A stretch of 64,000 bases of DNA from Rhizodiscina lignyota (lineage: Eukaryota). The stretch is from contig ML978125.1 in assembly GCA_010015805.1 (NCBI GenBank), positions 1,736,001 through 1,800,000 of the forward strand. The letters are read 5' to 3'. The position numbers and the translations under genes are program-made. Positions 24,778 to 36,654 of the stretch are shown here, one piece after another (positions within the stretch are counted from its first letter, which is position 1; the number at the start of each line of letters is the position of its first letter). The notes beneath the pieces are model-generated. The model saw nothing but the letters and a program-made list of their open reading frames with translations, was not told the DNA's origin and did not search any database.

Positions 24778-25955
24778 TGTCACGGAATTGCTTGTCTCGA
24801 GAACTGGATACTCGAGAGCTTAATATATGCCCCTCCATTACGGATGTACCGCCAATGGAACCGACTCCTTCTCCGCAATTAGGCCTCCGCTCGAGCGAGC
24901 TGCCAAATCGTCACACTCTACTCCGCGTCTATTAGTCCGACCCTGTTAAACAAACTTGTGAGCCGGAAATGATACGGGAATGTCATGATTAAAAATTACC
25001 CACAGACGTCACCACGCCATCGGTCCGAAGCGGAGCCTTCAGCCTTGGTAGTGGGGGACGTTCTGGGGAAATGGCACTGTACTCTCATTGGACCGACGAG
25101 CAGGATTTTTGACTCGGCCATGGCCAGTCCACGTGAACCTGCTTAAGCTGCTAAGCATGAAACAAGCGCTCGGTTTCGACATGCTGATACCGTTGTACGG
25201 CCACAATGGATATTCTGGACTCTAGGATGTCATCTGCCAAGACCCACGACGATGTAAGAAATCAGACAGCATTGTTTCAAAGAGTGAAAAGGCCTCAGCC
25301 TCCTCTGACTGGCGTTCCCCCTCGCCTCGAGTTTAGGAGGGTAATGCACGAGCCCATGTGGGGCCAAGGGTGAGAGTAGTTAAAATGTCAGGACGGCTTA
25401 GCAAGCCGGCCAATAGCGCCGTGACTAGCGAGTTTCCAATGAAAATGGCGAGTTGGTGAAGCATTCAATGCTTCGAAGTAAGACCAAAGTCTGCATCTCT
25501 TTGAGGTGTAGCAGAGTCGTCATTGAACTCACTCTGGATGTCCCCTTAAACACCAGGGCAGAGGCACCGCATGAACTATTTGTATCCACCAACATGCAAG
25601 GGCTCTGATACAGGAACTATCTCTCGACAGTATAGCGAGGGCGGGATTACTCCCACGCGTGCCACGGAACCCCAGAATGTCAACCCCTCCCCTTTCCCGC
25701 TGCTGGAAACTCTCTCCCTTGTGGCGGCCATTGGAGTCCAGTAGCACGCTAAGCTCACCAGCAAATCAGATGTCCAGCGCAATCTACGGAGTAGCTATCG
25801 AGGCTGGCTAAATGCGGCTCAGCATCACCTGCCAACTCTGCGCTAGAAAGCAAGGCTAGCCATCTATCTCATTTCGCTTTTCGTTTGTACATTGCCATCT
25901 GCATCCTCATCCTCTACCTCGCGCATGTTGTTCCTAACGTTATGGAAGAGAGAAG

Positions 25956-27065
25956 ATGGTCGCCGTCTCTCTCAATGCGAATTTCAAGACCCTCATAGCC
26001 TCCGCCGCGGCGTTCGTCTTCCTTGCAGTATGCCTGCTCCTCCTTTACACCCCGCACACTCAACCTCCGCTCCATTTTGTTGACCCAGCGTACGGCATCC
26101 TTCGGCATATTTCCTCAGTCGCAAAGCCTCGATACGCAATCGCGACGTTCCTCAGCCATGATTCCTCACAGGATTGGGACCAGTCCGATGTGCAGAACGA
26201 CTTTGCCTTCATCGGCACTCGCATGCTGACCTACCAACTCCTATATGCGAACGAGACGAGACTGCGCGACCCGTCCGTCCAATTCATTGTCCTTTGCACG
26301 CCAACTGTCTCGGCAGCAAAGCGACAGCAGCTCATCCTCGATGGCGCGACCATCATAAACGTCGATGTACCACCTCTACCAGAGTACCTCCTCAATGACC
26401 GCGCCGCAGCACCTTCGCTGGACCACTTCTCCAAGCTGCGACTGTTCGCGCTCACGCAGTATGATCGCATCCTATTCCTTGCGCCTCAAACGTTTCTTAC
26501 TAGCCCTATCGAGCCCATATTCACAGATACGGCCCTGCACGCTCCTCTTGTCACACTGGCATCAGAGAGACCGAAGGAGGTGAAAGAAGACGAGGCTCCA
26601 CTACCAGCAAATTATCTCTTTGCTGCGCGCTCCGACTCTAGTTCCGCAAACAACAAGGACCCCTACTTCCACGAGTACCCTCCCGCGGTCACCTCCACAT
26701 TCTCGCCCATGGCGCTCCTCCTCGCGCCGAGCCTCGAGCTGTACGCCTTCCTCCTTTCTGCCCTGCACTCTCCACGCCTCCAGTCAGTCTTTTCCTCATT
26801 CTACGACGAGAAATGGACTTGGCCGCTCTCCCGCTGGCGCCATCATACCGGTCCTGAGACTGCGCTGTTAAACTACGTTTTCAGGAGAGAAGGCACAATG
26901 CCCTGGACCGAACTGGATCCGCGGTGGAACGCGAATTGGGGGAATCAGAAGGATTTGGATAAGCAGGTCATCGGCTTGGCGGGAGAATACTGGTGGAGCG
27001 GCGATCTTGGCGTACGGGACGTCTGGGTGCAGTGGAGGGGAAGGATGGAGGCGGAGTTTGCGTAG
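25956..27065 (+). CDS. Glycosyltransferase family 8-like type II membrane protein, DxD motif absent
   Basis: N-terminal TM anchor; RMLTYQLL, FSKLRLFALTQYDRILF, DEAPLPANYLFAAR, LLNYVFRREG.MPW. Confidence 0.82.
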   Translation: MVAVSLNANFKTLIASAAAFVFLAVCLLLLYTPHTQPPLHFVDPAYGILRHISSVAKPRYAIATFLSHDSSQDWDQSDVQNDFAFIGTRMLTYQLLYANETRLRDPSVQFIVLCTPTVSAAKRQQLILDGATIINVDVPPLPEYLLNDRAAAPSLDHFSKLRLFALTQYDRILFLAPQTFLTSPIEPIFTDTALHAPLVTLASERPKEVKEDEAPLPANYLFAARSDSSSANNKDPYFHEYPPAVTSTFSPMALLLAPSLELYAFLLSALHSPRLQSVFSSFYDEKWTWPLSRWRHHTGPETALLNYVFRREGTMPWTELDPRWNANWGNQKDLDKQVIGLAGEYWWSGDLGVRDVWVQWRGRMEAEFA

Positions 27066-27076
27066 AATTCTTCCAG

Positions 27077-27147
27077 AGCGTGTTTTCAGCGTGTTTTCAG
27101 CGTGTTTTCAGCGTGTTTTCAGCGTGTTTTCAGCGTGTTTTCAGCGT
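27077..27147. repeat. Perfect 11-bp minisatellite (AGCGTGTTTTC) x6.5
   Basis: Read directly; starts 12 nt after the GT8 stop codon. Confidence 0.97.
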
Positions 27148-27680
27148 TCTATTCGGCGGCAGCGAAGCTTCCTGGACCAACTCTATACCCCGACTGAATC
27201 GAGAACCCTGGAATTTTTCTTGGATATGGAATGGGACCATCCCACTCGCTTGCATATTCCGTATACGGTTTACTAGAGAGGAGTCAATCGTTAAAGGAGT
27301 TGGAGAGGCGTGGCGTCCGCAATATGTGTCGCGTGCGTCTTGGGAGGATATGATACCACGGCTCAATCGTTAAGAGGGATACCGGTCAGCAAAGGGCACG
27401 CCTTGCTGAGGCGTAACACAGTCGACAGAATATGATACCACGAGAAGACCTTCCCGTTGCAGACCGAATGCAGCTATGCAGAGGCATATACAGTTTTTTA
27501 TTTCTATCAATGTCTCGTGATTGCGTGTATTTGGATGAGAGCTGTAGTGTAATTGATTGATCTTGACTCAACTAGCGTAACATATCCGAGAGAAGATCGA
27601 AACCGCTTCCTTGCCCGAGTAAAGGAAATCATACATGTTCACTCTTCTTTGAGTTCCACATTAACATTTTGCATACTCTT

Positions 27681-28958
27681 TCAATCAGCCGCATTCCAGA
27701 CTCGAAGCAGAGCGTCCGGTGCACCCACGGCTAGGAGATGCTCAACTTGTCTACGGTCTTCGTCTTTCAGGTTGAGAAGATTTTCCATTCCCCCGACGAG
27801 AAATGGAACCATATCTAGATGCTTGTGAACGATAGCGAACCGTAGGAATGCCTTTCCCATTCCTTTGCATCTTCCACGTCCCAGGAGCAATCGGGCGATA
27901 TTTGTATGACCTCGCAATGCAGCGACAAGTATCGGCGTGTAGCCATTGGAATCTTGAATACTAAAATCAGTGTTGGCTTGGCCTAGGAGAAGTTCAATGA
28001 TGTCGGAGAAGCTGTGTCCGGCAGCAATATGAGCGGCAGTACGGCCGGAACATGTTTTTGCATTAACATCGATAGCGTTGTGCGCCAGGAGGAGTCGGAA
28101 TATATCTGCATAACCATGCTCTGCAGCAATATGTAATAGAGTCCTACCATGGCGGTCTCTTACTTTAACACCGATAGTATTGTGCGCCAGGAGGACTCGG
28201 AATATGTCTATATGACCATGCTCTACAGTAATATGTAATACAGTTCTACTATCTCTGTCCCTTGCGTTGATATCGATAGTGTTGTGCGCTAGCAGGAGTT
28301 GGACTATGTCTGTATAACGATGCTCGGCAGCAATATGAGCGGCAGTACGGCCGTCTTCTGTTACTGCGCTAACATCGATAGTATTGTGCGCCAGGAGGAG
28401 TCGGACTATATCTGTATAACCACGCTCGGTAGCAACATGCAGTACAGTTCTGTCCCGGTAGTCTCTTGTATTAATGTCCACCAGGGGGTGTTTCAATAAA
28501 AGATCAAACGCGTTGGCATAGCCCCTCTCAGCAGCGGTATGTATAGCAGTGACACCTTCGAAGCATGTCAAATCGACATCAATGCTATCTCGCTCCAAGA
28601 GGAACCGGACGATGTCTGTGTGACCCAGACCGAGAGCTATTTGGATTGGAGTGGATCGAGATCTGTCCTCCGCATTAACGTCAACGTCTTTGCATGTCAG
28701 GAGATACCTGAGCACGTCAAGACAACCGCCTTTAACAGCACAATGGACAGCGGCACAGCCGTTGGAAGCTTTAGCATTGACATCGAAATCTTTGTGCCTT
28801 GAGAGAAGTGTAACTACGTCGATGACGCCTTTCTCAGAGGCAATAAGGAGTGCAGTCTGACCCTTCATATCCTCTGCGTTGATGTCAACTCGGCCATCTT
28901 CCATGAGAATCCGGACACACTCAATAGCATCCTGCCACATTCCTTTAGGATAACTCAT
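27681..28958 (-). CDS. Ankyrin repeat protein (about 10 repeats of 34 aa), intronless
   Basis: Repeated G.T.LH.A.E.G..DIV.LLL....IDVN units; 102-bp nucleotide periodicity. Confidence 0.9.
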   Translation of the reverse strand: MSYPKGMWQDAIECVRILMEDGRVDINAEDMKGQTALLIASEKGVIDVVTLLSRHKDFDVNAKASNGCAAVHCAVKGGCLDVLRYLLTCKDVDVNAEDRSRSTPIQIALGLGHTDIVRFLLERDSIDVDLTCFEGVTAIHTAAERGYANAFDLLLKHPLVDINTRDYRDRTVLHVATERGYTDIVRLLLAHNTIDVSAVTEDGRTAAHIAAEHRYTDIVQLLLAHNTIDINARDRDSRTVLHITVEHGHIDIFRVLLAHNTIGVKVRDRHGRTLLHIAAEHGYADIFRLLLAHNAIDVNAKTCSGRTAAHIAAGHSFSDIIELLLGQANTDFSIQDSNGYTPILVAALRGHTNIARLLLGRGRCKGMGKAFLRFAIVHKHLDMVPFLVGGMENLLNLKDEDRRQVEHLLAVGAPDALLRVWNAAD

Positions 28959-29824
28959 ATTGGAAGGAGGCTTCGTAAGGCTTGCGGCGATGTGCAGGAC
29001 TTCAGGAGTTAAAGAATGAAGAAATCAGATCAGGAGCGATGCTTTTGGCCGAAGGACTTTCAGCCTCGCACGGCGGACTTGTATCATACGCCACGCCGTC
29101 GCATGCAGCAGCGTCGGCTGTGCAGACCGCCTGACGTCCATACGCAAATCGATACGATGACATCATTGTGGGAGCATCCTCATGTGTTTCGTAGAGGCAA
29201 CTCCGAGGCAGGAATTGAGTTACTGGGGGTAGACGAGAGGTACCAGTGAAGGAGAGTCTGTTGAAATAAACGTTGACACTAGCCTTGTTTAGGGTGGATA
29301 CGTTACGATATGCTATCCGGGGTTAGTGCGATCACAAATCTTTATGGAGCTAAGGTGGCACCTCCTGACATCCATGGCATTTCAAGTACCAACATTCTGA
29401 ATCCACTCACATTATACGGCTTTCTAAATTTTGTTCTATCATATCTCTACATCATTCAAGAATTTTGCAATGGTAACGAGACAAGACGTCCGCCGACCGA
29501 TGTTATTCATTTGTTTTACTTCCTCTCACCAAAGAAGTGCATATGATTGTAACAGACGGTATTCATTGACTATGAACGATCTCCAAAGCGTGCAACTACA
29601 TCCAATAGCCAGAGATATAGCCTCGACAACCTGACCCTCAAAGAGGATGGTCTGCTGGAATAGGAGGATATGGGAATCGCGTATAAGCGATCTGGATCGG
29701 GAAATTCCTTATTTGACGAAGTCCTCCAGGTGGATTGTCACCTGCGCTTTGCAACTCATTTCTCGTCGGCTGGGGGCCCCCTATCACACACTAGTCAGCA
29801 AGTTTCTCATTGTCCCGAAATTCC

Positions 29825-30703
29825 TTACTCACAGTATGGCCAGCTTGTGCAACAAAACCTCCTACCCTCCCTCTTCGCCGTACGGTAACACTGCGCATAT
29901 GCATTCGGCATGCCGGCTTGAGCGCCCGTACTTATTGTAACGTATTGTGGAATGCCCGAGGTGGCAGGGAACAATGGCCATCTACGTGTTGGATTCAAAC
30001 GGTTCGTCTCGTTGCAGAGTCTATTCCATTTGGCTTTTACTTTCTGATTCGTTAATATCCAACGGCACCTCCGGCAGTACTTCATCTTTAGCATCTCCAT
30101 GTTCGGGCACCTCGCGAGGAGGTCAATTGCTGGCACCGCAAGCTCGTCGGTACCGTCCTCGAGGCTTACCCAGGATACATATCTGAGCAATTGCCTCTGT
30201 GCTAGAGTGGCGCCGAAGATCTGAATAGTGGTGGGAGCCTTGCTTAGATGAGTCAGGAACATATACAGATCTCTCATCTTGTTGAATCTGAAGCAATCAG
30301 TCTCGAGAATAACTCTCACGCATTCCCAATACATCCATTCATTGTGCGCCATGAAATGTCTGAGGTTAACTCCTCCAGGGCCCATTGGTGCATCTGGTAT
30401 GCCATGCCAGACGACACATCGGCGCGGAACATGCCCGTCAACAGCGGCGCTCTGGCGAGACTCGCGTGGAAGAGCTTTGATGAGAAATTCGCCCGGGGTG
30501 CTGATATCTTGGAATATGTACGTTAAAATCTGTCTTCGTGCAGCATGTAAATTGGGCGTATTGAGGTTCGTTTGAATCAGATTAGCCCAGACGGAGTGAG
30601 GACCCGCGGGAATGGGCTGCGGATGCCACCAATACACATTATGAACTGCTGGGCCGCCAGCGGCCATTGCGCGCGTAATTCGTCGATTTGGCGGAACCGC
30701 CAT
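29825..30703 (-). CDS. Hypothetical protein
   Basis: 292-aa ATG ORF with protein-like composition; no family recognised; 3' end uncertain. Confidence 0.45.
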   Translation of the reverse strand: MAVPPNRRITRAMAAGGPAVHNVYWWHPQPIPAGPHSVWANLIQTNLNTPNLHAARRQILTYIFQDISTPGEFLIKALPRESRQSAAVDGHVPRRCVVWHGIPDAPMGPGGVNLRHFMAHNEWMYWECVRVILETDCFRFNKMRDLYMFLTHLSKAPTTIQIFGATLAQRQLLRYVSWVSLEDGTDELAVPAIDLLARCPNMEMLKMKYCRRCRWILTNQKVKAKWNRLCNETNRLNPTRRWPLFPATSGIPQYVTISTGAQAGMPNAYAQCYRTAKREGRRFCCTSWPYCE

Positions 30704-31263
30704 ATTGTCTGTCCTTCGCGTACTCCTTGTGTGATGCAGTCGGTTTCGCTGGTTGCTTCCATCTCACGCAACAAGATGGCGATGGTCAGACTCACTACTT
30801 ATACAAGGTATCCATTGTTTGTCTCATGCTCAAGACAACAATGAGCTTATTCCGATGGTGAGAGGCGATTGTTAGATATGGCTTTGTTCAAATAAACGCC
30901 GAGATCAATGGCTTTCAAGACACTGAAAGAGAGCCCTTTGTTCGGTATAAAGAAATAATTGATCAGGAGCAGCGAACATCGCAGAATTAAACGAACAGAA
31001 TAACAGAGAAGCCGGCGTATATGGTGCATGAGAAGTAATTGTCATAGTGAAATATAGAAATAATAGAGATAGAGAAAACAGAATGTATCTAATGTCATGC
31101 CTGATTCATACATATATCTCCTCGTTCGCGAGTTGCTCCAAGGCGCATGATTCAAAGCCAAATTTTCAGATAATCGCAGAACATGTTGTAGAAGCACTCG
31201 GGCGCAAGGGCTTCTTTAGAATGAAGTACGATTCGTACCAAGTGCATTCGAAATAGCTTCAAC

Positions 31264-31314
31264 TCACATGTCTTCCGTCACACATCTTCCTTCACATATC
31301 TTCCGTCACATGTC
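31264..31314. repeat. 14-bp tandem repeat (TCACAYRTCTTCCK) x3.6 upstream of a TATA-like box
   Basis: tcacatgtcttccg / tcacacatcttcct / tcacatatcttccg / tcacatgtc; TATAAAG follows at ~31341. Confidence 0.75.
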
Positions 31315-31551
31315 CTACTACGTAACCACTCCAGCTACTCTATAAAGGCAGGGTCAGCTCCGACTATCTTCATGCTACATTGTTCGAGGTATATATGAAA
31401 AGTTCCAAGTTCTTTCAAGTTTCGAACAGTATACTGATCTTCAACTACTCCAGAGAAACAACCATTTACCAAATATTACCGACATCGAAGCAGCTTCCGT
31501 AACTGCTCTCTTCCTTCTCAGGAATTCGTCAGAGAAACTTCAGGCTTCAGC

Positions 31552-31938
31552 GTGGAAGAGCCGGACTACATCAGTCAAATCTCGGCAATGGCGAAAGGCA
31601 GATTCGAGATCCCTCAGCTTGCGGAACAAGACATCACACCGACTCCTTCTGCGACTCTTGAAGCCATGAGGTGCAGCAATGATCCTGATGTCGGCCTCGT
31701 CGCCTGTTGGTCGGGTGAAGCGTTCGGAACTCCGCATCCTCAGATAAAGTCACTAGCGTTAGCGATACGCGACGATGGCAAAAGTGGAGGATGCCATACA
31801 GGTTGCATTGTGGGGGTTACGATAGGAGCCGTAGTCGGAGTCAGTATTGTCCTGCTCATGTTGTATTGGTTCTTGGCCTCCGTGGGCATGCATAAGAGTG
31901 ACGCATGGAAGACCCATAGAAGGCATGCGCAGGGTTGA
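31552..31938 (+). CDS. Small single-TM protein (start uncertain)
   Basis: GGCHTGCIVGVTIGAVVGVSIVLLMLYWF hydrophobic helix, paralogous to 32400-32585. Confidence 0.45.
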   Translation: MEEPDYISQISAMAKGRFEIPQLAEQDITPTPSATLEAMRCSNDPDVGLVACWSGEAFGTPHPQIKSLALAIRDDGKSGGCHTGCIVGVTIGAVVGVSIVLLMLYWFLASVGMHKSDAWKTHRRHAQG

Positions 31939-32399
31939 AACCCAGGAATTGGGGGCTCGGAGTCTTCGGCATTGAACTGCGTTGTTCTGTGCTAGAGGTG
32001 AATGGGTTGCTTTCAGTGTACCTGCGTGGACCTGTCGATTGCGTAGCCGCTCGTGAGTGGAACGCTCTGTAACAGTCCTGGATCATTCTGTGAAGAACGT
32101 CCAGAAAAGTGCCTAAAGATACAGTCAATTTGAATAGAGCACACTCTACCCAGATTTCCCTGCGTACAAAGTTCCTGCATAGCCTCATCGGCGACGCGAC
32201 ACAGATATCGATAGCAAGACTTGCCTCACAACCCGACCGGTTTGTTCCGGCAATCTACAAGCACAGCTCTACTTTATACCTGCGCTCGACGACCCTGTGC
32301 ACCTCTGTGAACTTCGACTTGTCTCGGATTTAAAGCTGACGAGCTCCCTCATCTGGACACTGAAATTCATAGAAGAATTAGTTGGCCGAGACGCTGACA

Positions 32400-32585
32400 A
32401 TGGCGATCACTGCTTACGGCTATTCTACACTTCAGGCACTAGTGAACCGCAGCAGTGGAGGCGATGGGACCGGATGCGGTGCGGGTTGTATAGTGGGTGT
32501 GACACTGGGTGTTATCATTGTCTTCGTTATCCTCATTTCGATAATCTGGTGGAGCTTCCTCATACCCTGCTGTCGTACCCGGTAG
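32400..32585 (+). CDS. 61-aa single-TM micropeptide
   Basis: ATG ORF containing GCGAGCIVGVTLGVIIVFVILISIIWW and a C-terminal CCRTR. Confidence 0.5.
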   Translation: MAITAYGYSTLQALVNRSSGGDGTGCGAGCIVGVTLGVIIVFVILISIIWWSFLIPCCRTR

Positions 32586-32718
32586 GCGGTGGGAATTCAA
32601 TCGATACGAACAAAGGAAACAGCATATGACTTGAAATGGTACATCGGAAGCGGGAAGGAAGGCTGCGCATGAACAACAGAGAGATTGATTCGAGGAATGT
32701 ATTCTACCGTAATGCCAT

Positions 32719-34655
32719 TCATTGAGATGCGGCCTGTGAGCTCTTTCTCACGGCCCACATTCCAGATTCGTCTTGTTCCCATAGATCCTCGTCGTCGCCA
32801 AATTCTGCAGCAGACGCTGTGTCATTGATCTGGCCAGCATCCAAGTTGTCTACTGGATCTACTGCTGAATCGTCAAGCGTCAGATCCTGATCGGCAGAGA
32901 CGATCTCCTCGGCTGATGCCTTATTGATGGTTTGCGATGTCGGGTTATTTGCGATATTTTCTTCGTTGTCCGCCAAGTCAGGGTCGACATTCGTACCCAA
33001 AGCCCTGTCTTCCAAAAATACAGCGTTCCTCAGTGCTTCGGGGAAATACTCTTGCTTAACTTTCCCATCCACATAGTCCGGGTTGTATTTGTAATCTGCT
33101 CCATATCCAATCTCTTTCATTAGCCTCGTTGGGGCGTTTCGTAGATGCAGCGGTATCGGTAGTCCGGCTGTTTTGGGATCTTGGACCGCAGCCATGGCAT
33201 TGTTGAGTCCTCGATATGCCCTTGTGCTCTTTGGCGATAATGCCAAAGCCGTCACACAGTGGGCAAGGTTAATCTTAGCTTCTGGTAGGCCGATTTTCTG
33301 AACGGCATCGTGCGTGGCGACAGCGAGTGGCAGCATGGTGTTATCGGCTAGTCCGACGTCTTCGCTAGCTACGACGATCAGCCGACGGGCAATGTAAAGA
33401 GGGTCCTCGCCTGACTCTATCATACGAGCTAGGTAGTAAAGCGACGCGTGTGGATCAGAGCCACGAATGGATTTGTGGAGGGCAGATATGGTATCGTAAT
33501 GAGCATCGCCTTGACGGTCATAGATGAGCGTATGCGTCAATGATGTTTTCAGTTGCTCCAATGTGATATCTGGTTTCTCAGATAAGGAGAGCGCCAATTC
33601 AAGAAGGTTCAAAGCGGTTCGACCGTCTCCCGACGCCGATGTTGCCAGGTACAGGAGGACATCCTCGCCGTCATCACCACTGAGTAAAGGAGGCAGAGGC
33701 AGGTCTTTTGAAACAACTTCGACGTCTAGTGCTCGCTTCAGGATCTTTACAATATCCTGATCGGAAAGTGGGGCCAAAGTAAAGACTCGACATCTTGAAA
33801 GAAGCGCAGAGATGACTTTGAATGAGGGATTCTCAGTGGTGGCACCAATTAATGTGACTAGTCCGGCCTCAACAGGACCGAGAAAGACATCCTGCTGTGA
33901 CTTGCTGAAGCGATGAATCTCGTCGCAGAAGATAATAGTCTTGCGTCCCGTGAGTTGCAACTCGCTAAGTGCCTGTGCGAAAAGTTTCTTGCATTCGCCC
34001 ACGCCGCTGCTGGTGCTGTTGATCTCGACAAAGCGGCTGTTCGACGAATGTGCAATAAGTCGTGCAATAGTTGTCTTGCCTGTTTCATATGTCAGCGATT
34101 TCGATGTGATAGGCGTAGATCTATAAACTTACCCGTGCCTGGCCCACCCCAGAGGACCATAGAAGGGACGCGGTCTTGCTCGACGAGGCCTCTGATGATG
34201 CCGTTTGGTCCAACCAGTTCTTGCCCATATACCTCATTTAACGATCGAGGTCGCATACGATCTGCAAGAGGCGCGACTTTTTGTAAGTTGCTGGTTTTAC
34301 TTTTCTTCGCTGCAGGCTCGGTCTGGTCTCGCCTCCATGCTGGATCAAGCGCGTCAGGGGAGCGCTGAAGTTCTTCAAATGGCCTCTTTGCTCCATTCGG
34401 AGCGGTCGATGACGGAGCATTCCTGGAAACCTCACTCTTCACAGCCGGTGTTGCTATTGCCAACGTGGGCCTGTTTGTCGTCGATAGGCTATTGCTCGCC
34501 GTCTTCTTCGCCGTGGGCGTTTGGAAGAAGCTCGCCACCGGCGTCTTTCCCTCAGCTCCATTTGCTTCGGCGACGAAGTCCTGGCAGCCCGAATCCAGGT
34601 GGGCGTTGATATCGCGCTCCTTCACCTGCTTCCCACATACCGGGCAATCCACCAT
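32719..34655 (-). CDS. MGS1: DNA-dependent AAA+ ATPase Mgs1/WRNIP1 with N-terminal UBZ zinc finger, 2 exons
   Basis: CPVC..INAHLDSGC, PLADRMRP, WGGPGTG|KTT, DEIHRF, GATTENPSF, SALHKSIRGSD, PLHLRNAPT. Intron 34080-34132. Confidence 0.95.
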
Positions 34656-34932
34656 CGTCGCCTGCTCAACTTTCTCGTAGAGGAAGTCGTATGCCCCGGC
34701 CGTCGCGTACCAGGCTGGTGGTGCGCGACGCGCCAGCTCGAACAGGCATAGCGTCGCTGGTAAGAAAGATCCGGGGAAGAACAGCCCCAAAGCAGGAAAA
34801 CGCCCCGTGTGTTGCGACCTCGGACGGATCCACATCTGCGCGGCGAGCCACGCAAAAAGCAACTTTTCACGTCCACTCTGTGCTTATTGCGCCATAGTGG
34901 ATGATGCGTGTCACTCATGTGCTCTTATGACC

Positions 34933-36425
34933 ATGCCACTGAAGTTCCTAAATACACTCGGTGGAACAGCATTTCGTTATCGGGGCCTTGGGGGTCCTTC
35001 TCACATTTCTTTTCGCTGTCTGCCGCTCGCGACACCCTCAATCGCGCAGGGACGCTGGAAACAGTCATTTTCATCGTCCGCAATGAGTGCCGATCCGTTC
35101 AAGCCTGCTCAAAGAGTAGCTGGCGCAAGAGCAGATGTTTGGTAGGCAACTATCATACCTGACAGCCTAATGACCTCTGATTGACCGTATTCTAATAATT
35201 TTCAAGGACAATCGTCAATGAAGCGGCGGCAGCTTCACCAGTCCAGCCAATCATAAATATGGGTCAAGGATTCTTTGGCTACAATCCACCACCTTTTGTC
35301 ATCGAGGCTGCCAAAGGTTGCCTTGACCGTGTAGAGTGCAATCAGTATTCTCCAACTAAAGGACGGCCGCGATTAAAGAAGGCGATCGCGGACTCCTACG
35401 CTCCGTTTTATAACCATGAACTTGACGGAGAGAAGAACGTCACGATCACGACTGGCGCAAACGAAGGCATGCTCAGCGCATTCATGGGATTTCTTGAGCC
35501 AGGTGATGAAGCAATCATCTTTGAGCCGTTCTTCGATCAGTACACGAGCAACATCGAGATGCCTGGCGGTAAAGTCGTCTATGTTCCCATGATTCCTCCA
35601 TCACGTGGCGCCACGGAAAAGACTTCTGCATCGGAATGGAAAATCGACATGGAGAAATTCAAAGCCGCAATCACGCCGAAGACGCGCATGATTGTTCTCA
35701 ATTCGCCGCACAACCCCATCGGAAAGATCTTCTCACGGGACGAGCTGGAGGAGATTGGCGAGGTGTGCGTAAAACACAATCTCATTATTCTCAGCGACGA
35801 AGTCTACGACAAACTCTATTATACCCCGGAGAAATTCGTGCGGATCGCGAATCTTAGCGAGGAAATGTGGAAGCGGACGTTGGTCGTTGGCAGCGGTGGC
35901 AAGATCTTCTACGCGACAGGGTGGCGCGTCGGCTGGCTCATCGGACCTGAGCACTTGATCAAATACGTTGCAGGAGCGCACACTCGAATATGCTACAGTA
36001 GTGTCTCCCCCTTGCAAGAGGCTACCGCAATTGGCTTAGAAGAGGCCGAAAAGTACAACTTCTACGAGGAGTCGCGAAAGGAGATGAAGGCGAAGATGGA
36101 TCGGTTCAACGAGGTCTGGGACGAACTTGGTCTCCCATACTCTGACCCGGACGGCGGTTACTTCGTGCTTGTGAACTTGGCGAAGGTCAAACTCCCAGAG
36201 GACTACGACTACCCAAGCTACGTTTCCAGCAGGCCGAGAGATTTCCAGCTTATGTGGTTCCTCATTATGGAGATTGGCGTTGCGGCAATCCCTCCGACGG
36301 AGTTTTTCACCCTCGAGAATGAGCATCTGGTCAAGGACTGGCTACGGTTTGCGGTTTGCAAGAACGATGATGTTTTAGAGACGGCAAAAGAGAGACTCCG
36401 GAAGTTAAAACAATACATAGTATAG
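34933..36425 (+). CDS. BNA3: Kynurenine aminotransferase (class I/II PLP enzyme); alternative start at 35083
   Basis: DVW|TIVNEAA, NMGQGFFGYNPP, NQYSPTKGRPRL, TTGANEG, NSPHNP, SDEVY, GK.F.ATGWRVGW, RFAVCK. Intron 35142-35206. Confidence 0.93.
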
Positions 36426-36654
36426 ATAGCCCTGCGAATTGCTTTCCTTGCAGTCGCAGTAGGTTGATCTTGTAAACAGAGACAATAACGGTTCGCTCAA
36501 CTACTGCTTCATAAACCTCGTTCGCGAGTCATGTCACTCGATTGTTGAAGCCCCATGAACTCATTGATATGACAATGGAGCATAAAGATACGGCAAGATC
36601 ATCTCGACATCTATTATTTTACCAGCTTTAAAATAACGGTAAATCATATTCCTA

